A stretch of 64,000 nucleotides of DNA. Source: Lama glama. Lineage: Eukaryota. Shown here piece by piece: positions 39,526 through 52,470 of the stretch (position 1 is its first letter; every line of letters starts with the position of its first letter). The DNA lies in the NCBI GenBank assembly GCA_028534125.1, contig CM052816.1:94304001-94368000 (forward strand), given 5' to 3'. The position numbers and the translations under genes were made by a program. A model generated the notes under the pieces. The model was not told where the DNA came from. It searched no databases and saw nothing but the letters and a program-made list of their open reading frames with translations.

Positions 39526-39705
39526 ATGTGTCCTTTTACTGCATCACAGCAACACTCGATGTTTATGAGGTTGGCCATTTTCATAACGATTTTTAAAGAA
39601 GATAATTGAATAGAAAAGCACTCACGTATCTTTCTCAGGATGCCCTGTCTGATGCTGTTCCTAACCTAAGACATTGCCAGCTTCCCTCTGTTCAGCCAAG
39701 GAGAG

Positions 39706-40084
39706 TGTATTAGCTTCAGCTGCCATAACAAAATAACCAGAGACTGGGGAGCTCATAGAGCAGAGATTTATTTAGCTACAGTTCTGGAGGCAAGAAGTCC
39801 AAGATGGAGGTTGTGGCCAGTTCACTTACTGGTGAGGAGATTCTTTCCAACTTGTAGGGAGAGAGAAGAAGGGGGAGGGATGGAGGAGGAGGGGGAGAGG
39901 GGGTGCATGAGCATTACTTCTTACAAGGGCACCCATCCCATCAAGTCAGGATCCCATTCTTATGACCTCATTTAACCTTAATTACTTCTTTTCTCCAAAC
40001 ACAACCACACTAGGGCTGGGGTTTCAAGCTGTGAATTTGCAGGGAGGGGAAGAGGGTAGAGCAGAGACATTTAATCCGTAGCAG
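39706..40084 (-). mobile_element. MaLR solo LTR (MLT1A/MST-like)
   Basis: tgtattagcttcagctgccataacaaaataccagagactggg...acagttctggaggcaagaagtccaagat...cttatgacctcatttaaccttaattac. Confidence 0.85.
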
Positions 40085-43000
40085 ACAGTTTATCTGTAGA
40101 TCTGGTGTCTAGAAAGGGGCTGGGCTACCAAGCCTTAAATTATGGCCTGACAGTGAAGCCAGTATCATGTGACTTTTCTAATCAGATCCTCCCATTATTG
40201 AAGTGGGAAAATCCTCAGTAGCTGCTCCTTTTTATCTTTAAATGCCAAAGTGAAAACAGATCCGAAGCTTAATTCACTTTTTATCAATGCAGAATATAAA
40301 ACTAGGACATCAGTTGGACCCGGCTGAAATTGGCTGGCTCTAGCTTTTCAATGCACAGAATGGAAACTTTTGCCACCCTCCATCTTGACTTATCCAAAGA
40401 GAACTTCTGAAAGCCTGTTGGATTTATTTGTGTTAATGCATCATCTTATTTCCTGCCGGTCTTTTACAGAAATCCGATCTGGGGTCTGTCAGTTGTGTTA
40501 CATGTGTGCACGCATCAGGGCAGTTAAGACGGCAATACCAGCCCAAGCCCGTCGGCAGTTTTCCCAGCCCATTAAGCTGAGAGCTGGAGCTGGTGTTGTA
40601 CGTTCCCAAGGCGGTGCTCAGCCACCTTCTCGGTAGTTACCACTCTCTACCCAGTTCTCAATTAAGTAGCAGTGTTGTGCTCTGGAGAGAGCAGGGCATT
40701 TGGAATTGGAAGGCCAAGGTCAGATTTTGGCTCAGCTGCAAGCGGTGTGAGGCGGCGTGATGCCATCAGTTCCGTCAGACTCAGTATCCCCGTTACAGAC
40801 CCCCAGAGTGCCTGGCTCCTAGGAAGTCCGCCAAGTATTTGTTGGCCGAATGAAAAATCCTTATATATTTCTAGTAATGTGTTTTGAATACAAAACTTAC
40901 AAGATGGTTTCTTATGGCTTAAAGTATAAAGAGCATTTCTAATTCATGACACAAACGTAGTAAAGTTCAGATGATCCGTATAACGTGTAGCCTTACAGAT
41001 ACCGATATACGAAGCGTTTTCACCAGCGTGTCACAGAGTATGTCTTTCTTTAAAACTAAGTCCTTAAGTGCTGACTTCAGGTGTTGATTAATTTACCCTG
41101 AGGTTTTTAAACTCGCATCTAAAATGGTATGACAATACTTAATTAGCTGACTTAAGAGGTTCATTGCTTTTCATTTTAATCAGTAGCATACATGTATACA
41201 CACATACACCCACATACACACCCTAGTAATTTGCTCTTTAAATTACAATCATGCCTTATAATAAGCCTGAGAAACAAGGTTGTTTTTCACATTAATGATT
41301 TTTCTAGCACAACACAATTGATGTAATTGCAACTTATATTTTTAATAAGTAGAAAATATGCTCATTTTTAATGTAGAAATCAGCATTTGTTAAAAGTAGT
41401 AATCCACATTTAAACATTCAATGCAATGCACATTTAATTTTCAAAACGTTGCTTCAGGCAGTGGTTTGGCATTTCTTATAATTTATCAGATTTGCTTTTC
41501 AAAATTACACTAAAAAATTAATTTGCTGTAGTAAACCCTTTAAAAAATTATGATTATCATCCCAAACTCTACAACCATCCTTAATGGAGGCCTTTCTTCT
41601 TTTTCATCATCAGTGTCATGGTTATTGTTAATTGCCTTTTAAGCTTGTGTCATAATCTTAGCAGTTTAACTGAAATTACCATAATAGCTCAGATGGCAAC
41701 TTTCACAAATGCCTGGGAAATGTACTTAACACCATTTAAAATCACTGTGCTGGATGCCAGATACGGATTTTCTGTATAACGCATAGCATGTTATATGCAA
41801 AATATTTCATATATTCAAGAATATGGATTTCAAGTTGGGTCCATGTGGCCTTAAATTCAGTTCTTATGTTTAGGGAACCAAGTTTTTCTGGGCACATGAT
41901 TTTCTCAGTGTTTGAAAGGTAGAGTTCTGTCAGGTTCCATGCTTTTGAGACTGACATTTTCTTTGCTGCATTGAATGGGTCGTAATGCCAGCAATTATTG
42001 CTGATACAGTTTCTTAAGTTCTACTCATCCATTGAGAATTGGTACAAGTCCTCCCTCTTCAGACGATGACTTTTCACGGTAGGGTACCAGCGACTCCCCT
42101 CATACCGTGCACCATTTAACTGTTATTGATTGCACCATGCGTTTGACGGAAGACACCATTAATTGTTCTTCACAGTTTTTTTGTTTTTGTTTTCTTTTGG
42201 TTTCCCCCAGCTAAATTGTGACCCTTCTGCGAGCTGTGGCCCTGTCCTGTATCCTGGTGTAATCAGAGCTGTACCTTGTTTCTGCATACGGCTGGTGATA
42301 AATCATCATTTGATGGTGCTGAGGAAGTACCACTTGACTTGGGAGACCTGTGAGTCTGCTCTGACTCAGTTATTCCTTTCCTGGCCACACACATGACTTT
42401 CTTCCAGGACTCCCTCTTTCTTTACCATTTGCTTAATTCCTGCTTTAAAGGTATCCAGTCGTGGTGAATAAATTCAGAGTTAGGTAATACATGCATATTC
42501 CTTGGTTTTTTAAATAACCTTCTCAGTATATGGTCTAAGAAAAGGTGAGTAAGTTCAAACCCTGCCAATTTATTGTGACACAATATACTTTGTGAATTTG
42601 AAGTGTGAAAATTCTCAGAATTCATCTTTTGTGTTCTCTTGGGTTATGCACGGCTTTATATCACTTTGAAAGTGGTGTCATTACATGGAATGTTGGAATA
42701 AATGGATAGCCCATTTAGAATTCAGTTGTACTGAGAGGCTTAAAGTAAGGCTGCCATAGTCGAAAACCTGATTAGGAAAACATCCAGGTTCTCCATCCTT
42801 ATCACAGAAAGGTTTGTGCTTTCATGCTTTGTGTAAATGTTTAGAATCTAGCTCAGTGCTCTGCCTGCGTCATTCCCAGGGAGGTCAGTTCTGGGATCTC
42901 CCCCTTCTATTACACCCACAGATTCAAGTAGCCCCCAGCAGCATCACGGTTGATAATTCTAGCAATCTTCCCCTCTTATTGGATTTGTACCATTAGTGGC

Positions 43001-44049
43001 CCAAGTTAGTTTCGTTAGTATCGCCTTGGATGTGTTGCTGGTCATTGTCAATACTCTCATTTCCACTTCCAGAATCTTTTGTAATAATGCATACAGTGAA
43101 ATTTATGTGTAACCACCGAGCTTCTGGTCACATGAATCTTGAGACTAAAATGTGCTCTGTATTTCAGTGCAGATCCTTTCTGCTGCAATAGTTTTAAACC
43201 ATGTTCTGATGGATTAGAATGAATAACTAAAGGAAGATAAAATTATTTTAAAGAAGAAATCTTGGTATCAGATTTGGCATGTGTGGATGATTGTTTAAGG
43301 GTCAACTAGTGTGGCTAGTGCAAGTGTTCAATGCCTTACCTGTGATTTAGAGACACAAAAGACTTGGAAAACCAAGAAGTCTTCAATGTGTTCGTGGAAA
43401 AGCCACTGGGGCAACGTGTAACCCGGACAGATGCACAGTTACATGCAGTCATAGTTTATCCCACTTGATGTGGATACTCATATTTTTGTCTCAGAAATAG
43501 TAACATATTTGGTTGCATTGTCCCAGACCCTGCTGGGAATGTTACCTAAAAACAGTAGATGCATCTTTCTAAATCCAAAAGAATTTGAGTATGGAAACAC
43601 TTGTGATTCCAAAGATTTAGATAAGCAACTGAGGAGCCTGAAAAAGATGATTAATAATTGTGTTTTCTAAGAAGTGAATGGAGTCATGATCCGGGTAGAG
43701 AAGGGTGGCTGAGTCCAGGAAGATGCAGAAACCTTGGTGCACGTCGCTCACTCTGTGGTGAATGCCTGTGATGTGTATATTTCCATAGCATCACTGCCTG
43801 TAGTAGATGAAAGAACTGGATGCCAGTGAATCTAAGGTGGTGAACAGACCAATTAGAAGGAAAAATAATATTAAAATATAAACTGTCTAGCTGTAACAGA
43901 AGTCAGCTTCTGGCAGCTATGAAAAGCACCACAAAACAGTTGGCATGAAACTGCTCGAAGGCCCAGAGCTACAGAAAAGCCCCAGGAGGATCTGAGTCTA
44001 AATTAAAGAATTCCCCGTGAAAGGCAGGGTTAGTTTAAGTAATGACTGA

Positions 44050-44226
44050 GCTTAGCACTTATTGCACTGCATCGTTATTGCTTGTTTAGATCCCTGTACC
44101 CCTCTCTGGACTGTAAGCTCTGATGGTCGTGGTCTCTGTGTTGTTGAGGGAGGGGTTCTCAGCTCCCCGCACGTGGCCTGCCAGGTGGTGGGTGTTCATG
44201 AAATATTTGGCAATCAGTGAATGAAG
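44050..44226 (+). mobile_element. L2 3' end
   Basis: ctggactgtaagctc...gttcatgaaatatttggcaatcagtgaatgaa. Confidence 0.75.
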
Positions 44227-45019
44227 TGCGTTTAGTTAAGCTCCAATGACTGTGAGTCTGCACGTTATGTTTTAAATCTGTGATGTTTAATGTGGTGTAG
44301 TGGAGCAGAGGAGAGGGAAGAGAGTGGCCATAAGCTTCTAGAACCTTTTTGGACAGAAAAGTGGTACTTATTTTCAAACTACAGTGCTCATACCATCCTA
44401 TCCAAATTCTGATATATCCTGATATCCTGCATCTGATGAGAATTTCCATTGTAAGGAGGCACTATTACTGGTAGAACAGCTCCTGTTTTCCCTTTGTACC
44501 AAAGTAAGAAATAAGGGTGAGGACCACCATAGAAAACAGCACATAACTTTCTCAAACACAGTCATGAATAATACCAGTTAGTGTATAGGCTTAGCAGTTC
44601 TAATAATAATGGCTGCTTTAATATACATTTGGTAGAAAAACCGTGGCATGCATTTCCTTTTGTTTAAGTAAGCCTATGGAACATGCAGATGCCTCCATTC
44701 ATAGGTCTCTGGGCGTGCAAATTGCAGACAAAGTACAGAGAAGAAATATACAAATGTGTTATATTGTTGGCTTTGCACATTCAAATCTATAACAATCACA
44801 CAGTGAACAGTTTGAAATTAATATTAGAAATTAAGTCTGTTTTCCTGAATTTCTCATAAATTCTGCCATGTAGATCACAGCTCTGTACTGTATGTTATAT
44901 GCCCTCATTCCTCTGGCTTTGGTGACCTTGGTACCTAATTGCTGAAGTAATACTGGGGAACATTGATGGAAGCAGAAATAGAGGCTTATGAATATTCTGT
45001 ACATTAAAAAAAACCTAAC

Positions 45020-45281
45020 CATTGTATCCAGAAGGAAATCTACTTCAGGATGACACCTGCACTCCAATGTTCATAGCAGCACTATTTACAATAGCCAAAA
45101 CATAGAAACAGCCTAAATGTCCATCAATAGGTGACTGGATAAAGAAGATGTGGTATATTTATACAATGGAATACTACTCAGCCATAAAAACCGACAACAT
45201 AACGCCATTTGCAGCAACATGGATGCTCCTAGAGAATGTCATTCTAAGTGAAGTAAGCCAGAAAGAGAAAGAAAAATACCA
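45020..45281 (+). mobile_element. Young L1 ORF2 C-terminus running into the gap
   Basis: MWYIYTMEYYSAIKTDNITPFAATWMLLENVILSEVSQKEKEKY is the L1 ORF2p C-terminus. Confidence 0.95.
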
Positions 45282-45781
45282 NNNNNNNNNNNNNNNNNNN
45301 NNNNNNNNNNNNNNNNNNNNNNNNNNNNNNNNNNNNNNNNNNNNNNNNNNNNNNNNNNNNNNNNNNNNNNNNNNNNNNNNNNNNNNNNNNNNNNNNNNNN
45401 NNNNNNNNNNNNNNNNNNNNNNNNNNNNNNNNNNNNNNNNNNNNNNNNNNNNNNNNNNNNNNNNNNNNNNNNNNNNNNNNNNNNNNNNNNNNNNNNNNNN
45501 NNNNNNNNNNNNNNNNNNNNNNNNNNNNNNNNNNNNNNNNNNNNNNNNNNNNNNNNNNNNNNNNNNNNNNNNNNNNNNNNNNNNNNNNNNNNNNNNNNNN
45601 NNNNNNNNNNNNNNNNNNNNNNNNNNNNNNNNNNNNNNNNNNNNNNNNNNNNNNNNNNNNNNNNNNNNNNNNNNNNNNNNNNNNNNNNNNNNNNNNNNNN
45701 NNNNNNNNNNNNNNNNNNNNNNNNNNNNNNNNNNNNNNNNNNNNNNNNNNNNNNNNNNNNNNNNNNNNNNNNNNNNNNNNN
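45282..45781. other. Assembly gap (500 N)
   Basis: Run of N. Confidence 1.
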
Positions 45782-46017
45782 TCCCTCTGGATATATGCCC
45801 AGGCGTGGGATTGCTGGATCATAGGGTAAGTCTAGTTTTAGTTTTTTAAGGAATCTCCATTCTGTTTTCCATAATGACGTCACCAAACTACATTCCCACC
45901 AACGGTGTAGGAGGGTTCCCTTTTCTCTACACCTTAGCAGTTAATCGTTTGTGGAGTTTTTAATGATAGCCCTTCTGACTGGTTGAGGTGATACTTCATT
46001 GTGGTTTTGATTTGCAG
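45782..46017 (-). mobile_element. L1 ORF2 C-terminal segment running into the gap from the right
   Basis: [28 protein letters not shown] is L1 ORF2p. Confidence 0.95.
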
Positions 46018-46269
46018 TACATTGCATAAACTTTTCCGCCTCGTTTTCTTCATCTGCAAACCTTGCATCCAGTACCAACTGTCCTGTTGGAACACTGTTT
46101 CTTTATGAAGTATTGCTAACGCATATACATCATCAAACAGCCCCTTCTTCTTTATCCAAATAGAGATTTGGGCAGAGAAAGGGAAGGTTTTTCAAGTAGT
46201 AGTACAGTAACATCTCATGCCTTCTTCCGTTAAATTCTACGTAAATGTCTGTAAATTGCCTGAAAGAAA

Positions 46270-46880
46270 ATAAGTGCATTGAAAATAAAGTAACTTAAAA
46301 GGAGAGGTAGAAGTTCATACAAAGCAATGTTGGATGATCCAATGTTTTGAAAACACACAGACATCTCAAAAGAGGGCAGAGTAGTAAATGTGAAGAAATT
46401 AAGCCATGAAATTCTGCCTCAAAGCAAAGACATTGAAACCAGCAAAGAAGCCAGATCTTCACTCCAAGAGGTAAAAAGAACAAAGCATATAGTAAAGAAG
46501 AATGATACAGGATTAAAACAACATCACCAGTGAAATAAAACTACACTGAACATTAAAGTGACAGAATGAGAAGGTGTATCAGTGAAGCAGAAAACAAAGT
46601 CATGACACAACTGGAGAATGTGGGGACACTTGTTAAAAAGATGAAGTTGTATGTGACAGATAATGCAGGATCCAAAGGAAAAAGTACAGAAGCCCAAACT
46701 GGGTGTACTGGTTTCCAGAGTGACAGAACACATATCACATACTAAAAGCTGAATATTCCCAAGTGGAAAGAAGAATTGAGATTTCAACTTGAGAGCCATG
46801 TTAGACTCCCAAGCGAAGGGTAAGAAACGCAAACTAATACAAAGAGAATTCTTTATGAAGTTTATGAACTTTAGAGGAAC
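46270..46880 (+). mobile_element. Probable ancient L1 ORF1/HAL1-like remnant
   Basis: A-rich plus strand; motifs such as gcaggatccaaagg, ggtttccagagtgacagaac and tatgaagtttatgaactttaga resemble degraded ORF1. Confidence 0.45.
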
Positions 46881-46963
46881 ATTAGTATATGATGTAAATT
46901 GAAAAATGTGCATTGTGCATACATCAGCTCTTATTTGGATGTTTTCCCTATTAACTGGAGGTC

Positions 46964-46966
<3 letters not shown>

Positions 46967-46998
<32 letters not shown>
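46967..46998. repeat. (TA)n microsatellite
   Basis: Perfect TA run. Confidence 0.95.
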
Positions 46999-47000
<2 letters not shown>

Positions 47001-47396
47001 CTATAAATATGTATGTATTTCACTAAGTGATATATACATGAATATATAAGTTACAGGTATACACATATACACATTTATATATTTCCAATTCATTTTACTG
47101 AAATAAATCGATGGTATAGAAATGAAAAAGTCATCTAAATGTTTCTCCACGGATTTGGGGTCACTTTTATTTTCGAACGGAAGGCTGTGGTTTGTCGTGG
47201 AAACGTATGAATTATGGCAATTCGTGATCTGGACAACTTTTATAAAGATACCGTTTATTACATAAGCACTGGAGGGGACAAATGAAATACTGTTAAAGAA
47301 GATGAAAATGTAATTTAGCAGTTATCTTAAATGTTAATGCTCAACAGTAGGTCAGTCTCACTATAACTAAAAAAAAAGTGAAAATTCAACATGTTA

Positions 47397-47751
47397 CAGT
47401 TATGGTCTGAATGTGTCCTCCCCAAATCCATATGTTGAACACCCCCCACCTCCCCACCCCCACTAAGGTGATGGTATTAGGAGGTGATCCCTTTGGGCAG
47501 TGATTAGAACTAGATGAGGTCATAGGTCCCTTGCAAGGACTAGAGTGGCTGGAGACCTGGGGCTTTTTGCTCTCTGCCTTGTTTGAGAAGACGCCATCTG
47601 TACCCCAGGAAGTGCCCTCCTACCAGGCAGCAGATCTCCTGGGACCTTGATCTTAGACTTCCAGCCTCCTGAACTGTATCCAGTAAACGTTTGTTGTTTA
47701 AGTCACTCGGTCTTTGGTGTTTTGTTGCAGTAGCCTTAACTGACTAAGTCA
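47397..47751 (+). mobile_element. MaLR solo LTR, MLT1A-like
   Basis: tatggtctgaatgtgtcctccccaaatccatatgttgaa...accttgatcttagacttccagcctcctgaactgt...tagccttaactgactaag. Confidence 0.9.
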
Positions 47752-48999
47752 CTGAAAGGGTTATGATGATGGCATAAAACAAACCAACTTCTTCTCCTTA
47801 ATTAACTATAAAGTCACATGGTAAATTACAAGAGCTGTGATCTACAAAAGAAGGGAAGGCGACTCATTCCTAAGTGACTAAAGTATGAAGGACGTGGTAG
47901 AAACTTTAACCCAGTGGGATATGTGATCTACGCAAAGAAAACTAAGGAGTTTTATTTGGAAATAAGTGTAATCTTTTTTCATCCAGTAATGTTTTCCTGG
48001 GGACCTGTACCATTAGAGTTAGTACCCAACCTGTTTTGCACCTTGAAGGAAAAGTAGAATATAGTGTTCAGGAAATATTTCTTGACTGTATGAATGGAGG
48101 CTCTGAATCAAGACCCATCTCTCCTCTGGAGACCATTTCTGGAGACCATTCTGGGTTCATCCATCTTTGAGTTCCTTGGAACACATTTGCTGGCAGCACA
48201 CACTTACTTAATTCAAGAACTAGTTCTTATAGTTGCTAGTGAATTATCCTTCTTGATAATAATGATAGCAATTGTAAGTATCTCTCTTTAGGAAAGTGAT
48301 ACGAAATGGAGAGCTCACATATTTAAATTTTAAAACATGAGTTGTGTTGACCCCAAAGCTTGTTTCTTAGGGAAGAATTGCATCATTCACCCTTAGTGTA
48401 ATCAACTTGAAATGTGCGGTGATAGATTCAGTGGGTATACTGCTAGGTTCCTCAGGGAAGAAGGATAAAAATAAAATGTATGAGGAGAAGCTAACAAACT
48501 TAGATTTGAATGCTGCTATTAATATTTTAATGGTTTCTCAATGATTTAACAGTATATTGGTTTTAAAAATAACTTTTTTGAGGGTAAATTTTTTCTGTAG
48601 CATTTCTAAAATAGAAGCGAGTTTGAAAATATATTGTCCAATTACTCAGGAATATCTGTCGTAAATTTAAGACAACTTCTATTGGATTTTATGGAAGAAA
48701 AGTATTTTGTTAATTTGATCTCTTCTGAGTTACTCTCTAAAATCCTATATTTAAAAATAAATATCTTCTTCAGATTCTTCTGGGTAAATAATTTATTTTA
48801 TAGCCTACTCATTTGCCATTTGAACTTGCATACAAAATTTGGTAGCTCATATTTGTTAGTGATATTCTAATTAGTGTGCATATTTAAGATGTATTATTTC
48901 ATGAAAATATTGAATTACAAACATAATTTTCCATTTAATTGAATATATTAGGATAATGTATTTTATAATTCATATTACTCAGAAAAGCTCCCTTGGAAT

Positions 49000-49185
49000 G
49001 GTTTTACATTATTATAATTTACAAACAAATGCTAGTACATTGATGATTTTACAAATGAGTAAATTAAGGTTTATAAAGGTTAACTTGCTTAAGGAATATT
49101 CAACAAGGAAAAAATATTGAAAAAACAAGATTCATCTCAGGTATTTCAGAATTCCGAGATAGCATTCTTATTTATGAGCAAAACT
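49000..49185 (-). mobile_element. Degenerate MIR
   Basis: attttacaaatgagtaaattaaggtttataaaggttaacttgcttaagg. Confidence 0.55.
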
Positions 49186-51229
49186 GCCTGCAACCTCCCT
49201 TAAATTCTGAAATGAAGATTATTTATGCCATGAGAGGTATGAGCATTTTCTAACCATGATTTATACTATGTTATATATGCTGCATAGAATGTATTCAGTA
49301 TGTTTTAATGCAAAAACTTTTAAAACGAAACTTTTCCTACTGCATACTTGTTGCAGAAAGATGTCTGCTACCATATCAATTATCTACATTTTAGAAAATG
49401 TTGTTAAAGCATGTGATATTACTTTAAACACACACACACTCATACACACTCACAAACCAGTGGTTATCAGAAGAGAAAGATTCTAATATACAAGCAAATA
49501 GTTCCTAGTAAAAGGAAGATATATTAAAATATTTAAAGAAGTAAATTAATATCTTGGTTTGAAGAAACATAAGCCATTAAAAACACTTTCTATTTTCACT
49601 TTTGCTCTGTGGTACATTTAAAATACATCCATGCCTGTAATAAAAGTTACTGAGAAACATACAGAAAACATAAAATATTGCATTATTGCATGGTTACAGA
49701 TGGGGAAAGGCAACTCATGAGACTATCTTTTTATGAGTAAACTCTAGCAACTGTGCTATAAGTTAAACTATTAAAGTGAATAGATGCAGGAAAATAATTA
49801 AAATTTAAATTAAAAAATGACATAATCTTAAATTTCTAAGGTACTGGCAAATATTTATTGCCAGGCATATTTTGAAGCAGTCTATTTTCATGAACAGTTT
49901 TAGAAAACTTCACATGCAGAAATATAACTGTGGACATTTATATTTAATCAGGTAAATAATGTGGAGACGTTAAGTTTAGAGACGAGTTACTTGAGAATAG
50001 CGTATTTAATGCTGAACACTTTAATTTGGGATGCTGTGCTTACAAGTGATTATTAAATAAAATATTTATGCATTTTATATTTGATCGTAAATTTGTCCTG
50101 TGATAAGTGATACCACTGAACCCTAAATCATGAAATACTTTCAAAATGAAGGAAAAATTAATCCTCCTTCTCCTTGCCCCATTCTGGTAGCACTGACTGG
50201 GGACCAGGATCTTCTCCAGCCCGAGTGAGACACAGTCTGGGTGCAGGGCTGTGAGGGTGACAGGAATGAATGCAAAGTGTTCCTCGTGTCAGGCTACTGG
50301 CATCAAAGTGATCAACTGTCATTTTCTCAATCGCAGGAGTGAACTGAGGGGACTTTTGAGTCTTTTCACAGTGGTTTCATCAGGAGCGCTCATTTCAGAA
50401 AAATATTTGCAGCATCAATCTGTACTAAAAATTTCTTCTCAGTTAATTTGGCCTTTTTTTTAAAGGATCTTTAATGACTCCTTTTTCTGCTTTATTTGCT
50501 TTTTGACTACAATTAGCAATGAGATAAATGCAGACACAATCCAGTGTACGTGGGCGTGGGTTCTGTAAAGGACCTTAGTCCGGTGCTAAGTCAAAGACAA
50601 AAATTGGTAATAATTACATGCTTGTCTTTTATAGTTTGCTTTTTGACTTTTACCAGCTGCAGTGTCACGTAATCTATTCTTGCTAGGAGTTTTTGGTGAT
50701 TTCTATAGCTACTTTAGCAATCACTTGTTTTACTAATGAACTATTTTGTTACAAAAATGTAAGTAAATGCACTGTATAAATCAGTGTTTAGTTTTCACGT
50801 GGATTTTTGTTTCTCTTGACTGTTCGTAGAATTAAGCCATCCTCCTGACGATCCTAATACATATGATTTTAAGTACATTATTTTAAATCAATTTTTAAAA
50901 GTAAATTAAAACAATAAAAAGTTGGTCTCATCACCTTGAAAACTGGCCAACGTTTATGCTTAAAAATGCTGTTGAAGGAAAGCTGTCAGAAGTAACGTAA
51001 GTGGTTCACGGTTTGAGACGGGTTTTCGTGCTGTCTTGATGACAGAGGAACAAACTGCCTGTTACCTGGGAATTCTTTTGGGGAGGGATTATGCTGAAAT
51101 ACTACCGCGAACGCAAGCCCTCTGCGTCAGGCTGGAGGGGAGGAACATGGCCCACAGTGCGCTCTGTCCAGAACAAAATAGTGTAAAAATAATTTCAAAG
51201 AAAGTAATTGGACTGGGCTGGAACTGGCA

Positions 51230-51745
51230 TGAGCAGGCAGAAGAGTGACCCCCCGAGAGGCCCACGTCGTGAACCTCGGAAACTCTCAGTATGTGATGTC
51301 ACACGTGGCAAAGGGGGTTAAGGGTTACGATCAGTGTTGTTGACCAGCCGATCGTGATCGTGGGAGGAAAGAACTGCCCTTGAGAGGGGACAGTGAACCT
51401 GGATTACCTGGTGGGCCTGAGGATGAGAACTGGTCCTGGCTGTTGTCAGAGGGGAAGGTGACAGTGAAAGAAACATCAGAGAAGGACTCCACCTGCCCTT
51501 GTTGGCTTTGAAGATGAAGGAAGAGGCCATGAACCAAGGAACATGGGCAACCTCTAGGTCCTGGGGAGGGCAGGGAACCAGATTCTCCCAAGCTTCCAGA
51601 AAATGCCACAGCCCTGTTGGCACTTTGGCTTAGCCTGCCAAGACCTGTATTGAGCTTCTGCCCTAACAAACTGTAAAGTGATAACCATGTGGTGTTTGAA
51701 GCCATGGAGTCTGGGGTAAAGATTCCCATTGGTAATCAAACACTG
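51230..51745 (+). mobile_element. MaLR solo LTR, MLT1D-like
   Basis: ggattacctggtgggcct...gctttgaagatgaaggaagaggccatgaaccaaggaa...gattctcccaagcttccagaa. Confidence 0.85.
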
Positions 51746-51989
51746 AACGGTAAGCTGGGCATGTCAGCTTTCACGTGGAATGGTTCCTTCTCGTAAAGGA
51801 ATAACCTTTTGAATTTTAAGAAATCATATTTTTCTTCTTGAGACCTCTTGGTCTCCTTCCTTTTCAGCCATCAGCCCCTATTTTCTGGCCATCCACCTTC
51901 CGAGTCTGTCTCCGATCAGTCTGGTCCTTTGCCATCCCCTTTGCTCTCCTTCTATCCGTACCCTTCCTCTCAGAACCCAGATCTGGAAG

Positions 51990-52470
51990 CCACCTCCTCG
52001 CTGGTCTCCATGATCCCGTTTCACTCTTGCCTTCTCTCACCCATTCAATCTGGAGTCACGAGCCCTAAGTCAGACTTGACCTTGTCAGTTCTCTTTAGTG
52101 AAAACTTCTCAGTGAGTTCGCATTCCTCATAGATAAAATTGCATCTTTCACAACACAATAGATCCTGCTCTCAGTCTTTCATTTCCTCTCTGTGGTTTGT
52201 ATCCTCACCCATTAGTTTGGTGACTCCTCTTATTTCTTTGGTCCTGCACTTCAGTGTCACTTCCTCCAGAGACCTTCTTTGATCTTCTTAATTAGGGTGA
52301 ACTTGGCACCTGTTACCTCTGGCTAAGTCCGCACGGGATGGGTATTTAGGTTTACCTGGGCATCTGTGGATTCACGGGCACCCGTGGATTCACAGCCACC
52401 CGTGAATTGTCCCGCACGATAAGGTCGCTCTGTATTTGTTTCCACATTGAATGAATGAACAAATGGATAT
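51990..52470 (+). mobile_element. Degenerate L2
   Basis: Pyrimidine-rich L2 motifs (cagtgtcacttcctccagagaccttc) ending ttgaatgaatgaac. Confidence 0.65.

Noticed and set aside
45148..45886. Long ORFs of 192-233 aa
   Set aside because: L1 ORF2 fragments joined across an N gap, not genes.
48125..48150. 13-bp perfect tandem duplication tctggagaccatt x2
   Set aside because: Ordinary slippage duplication with no further structure.
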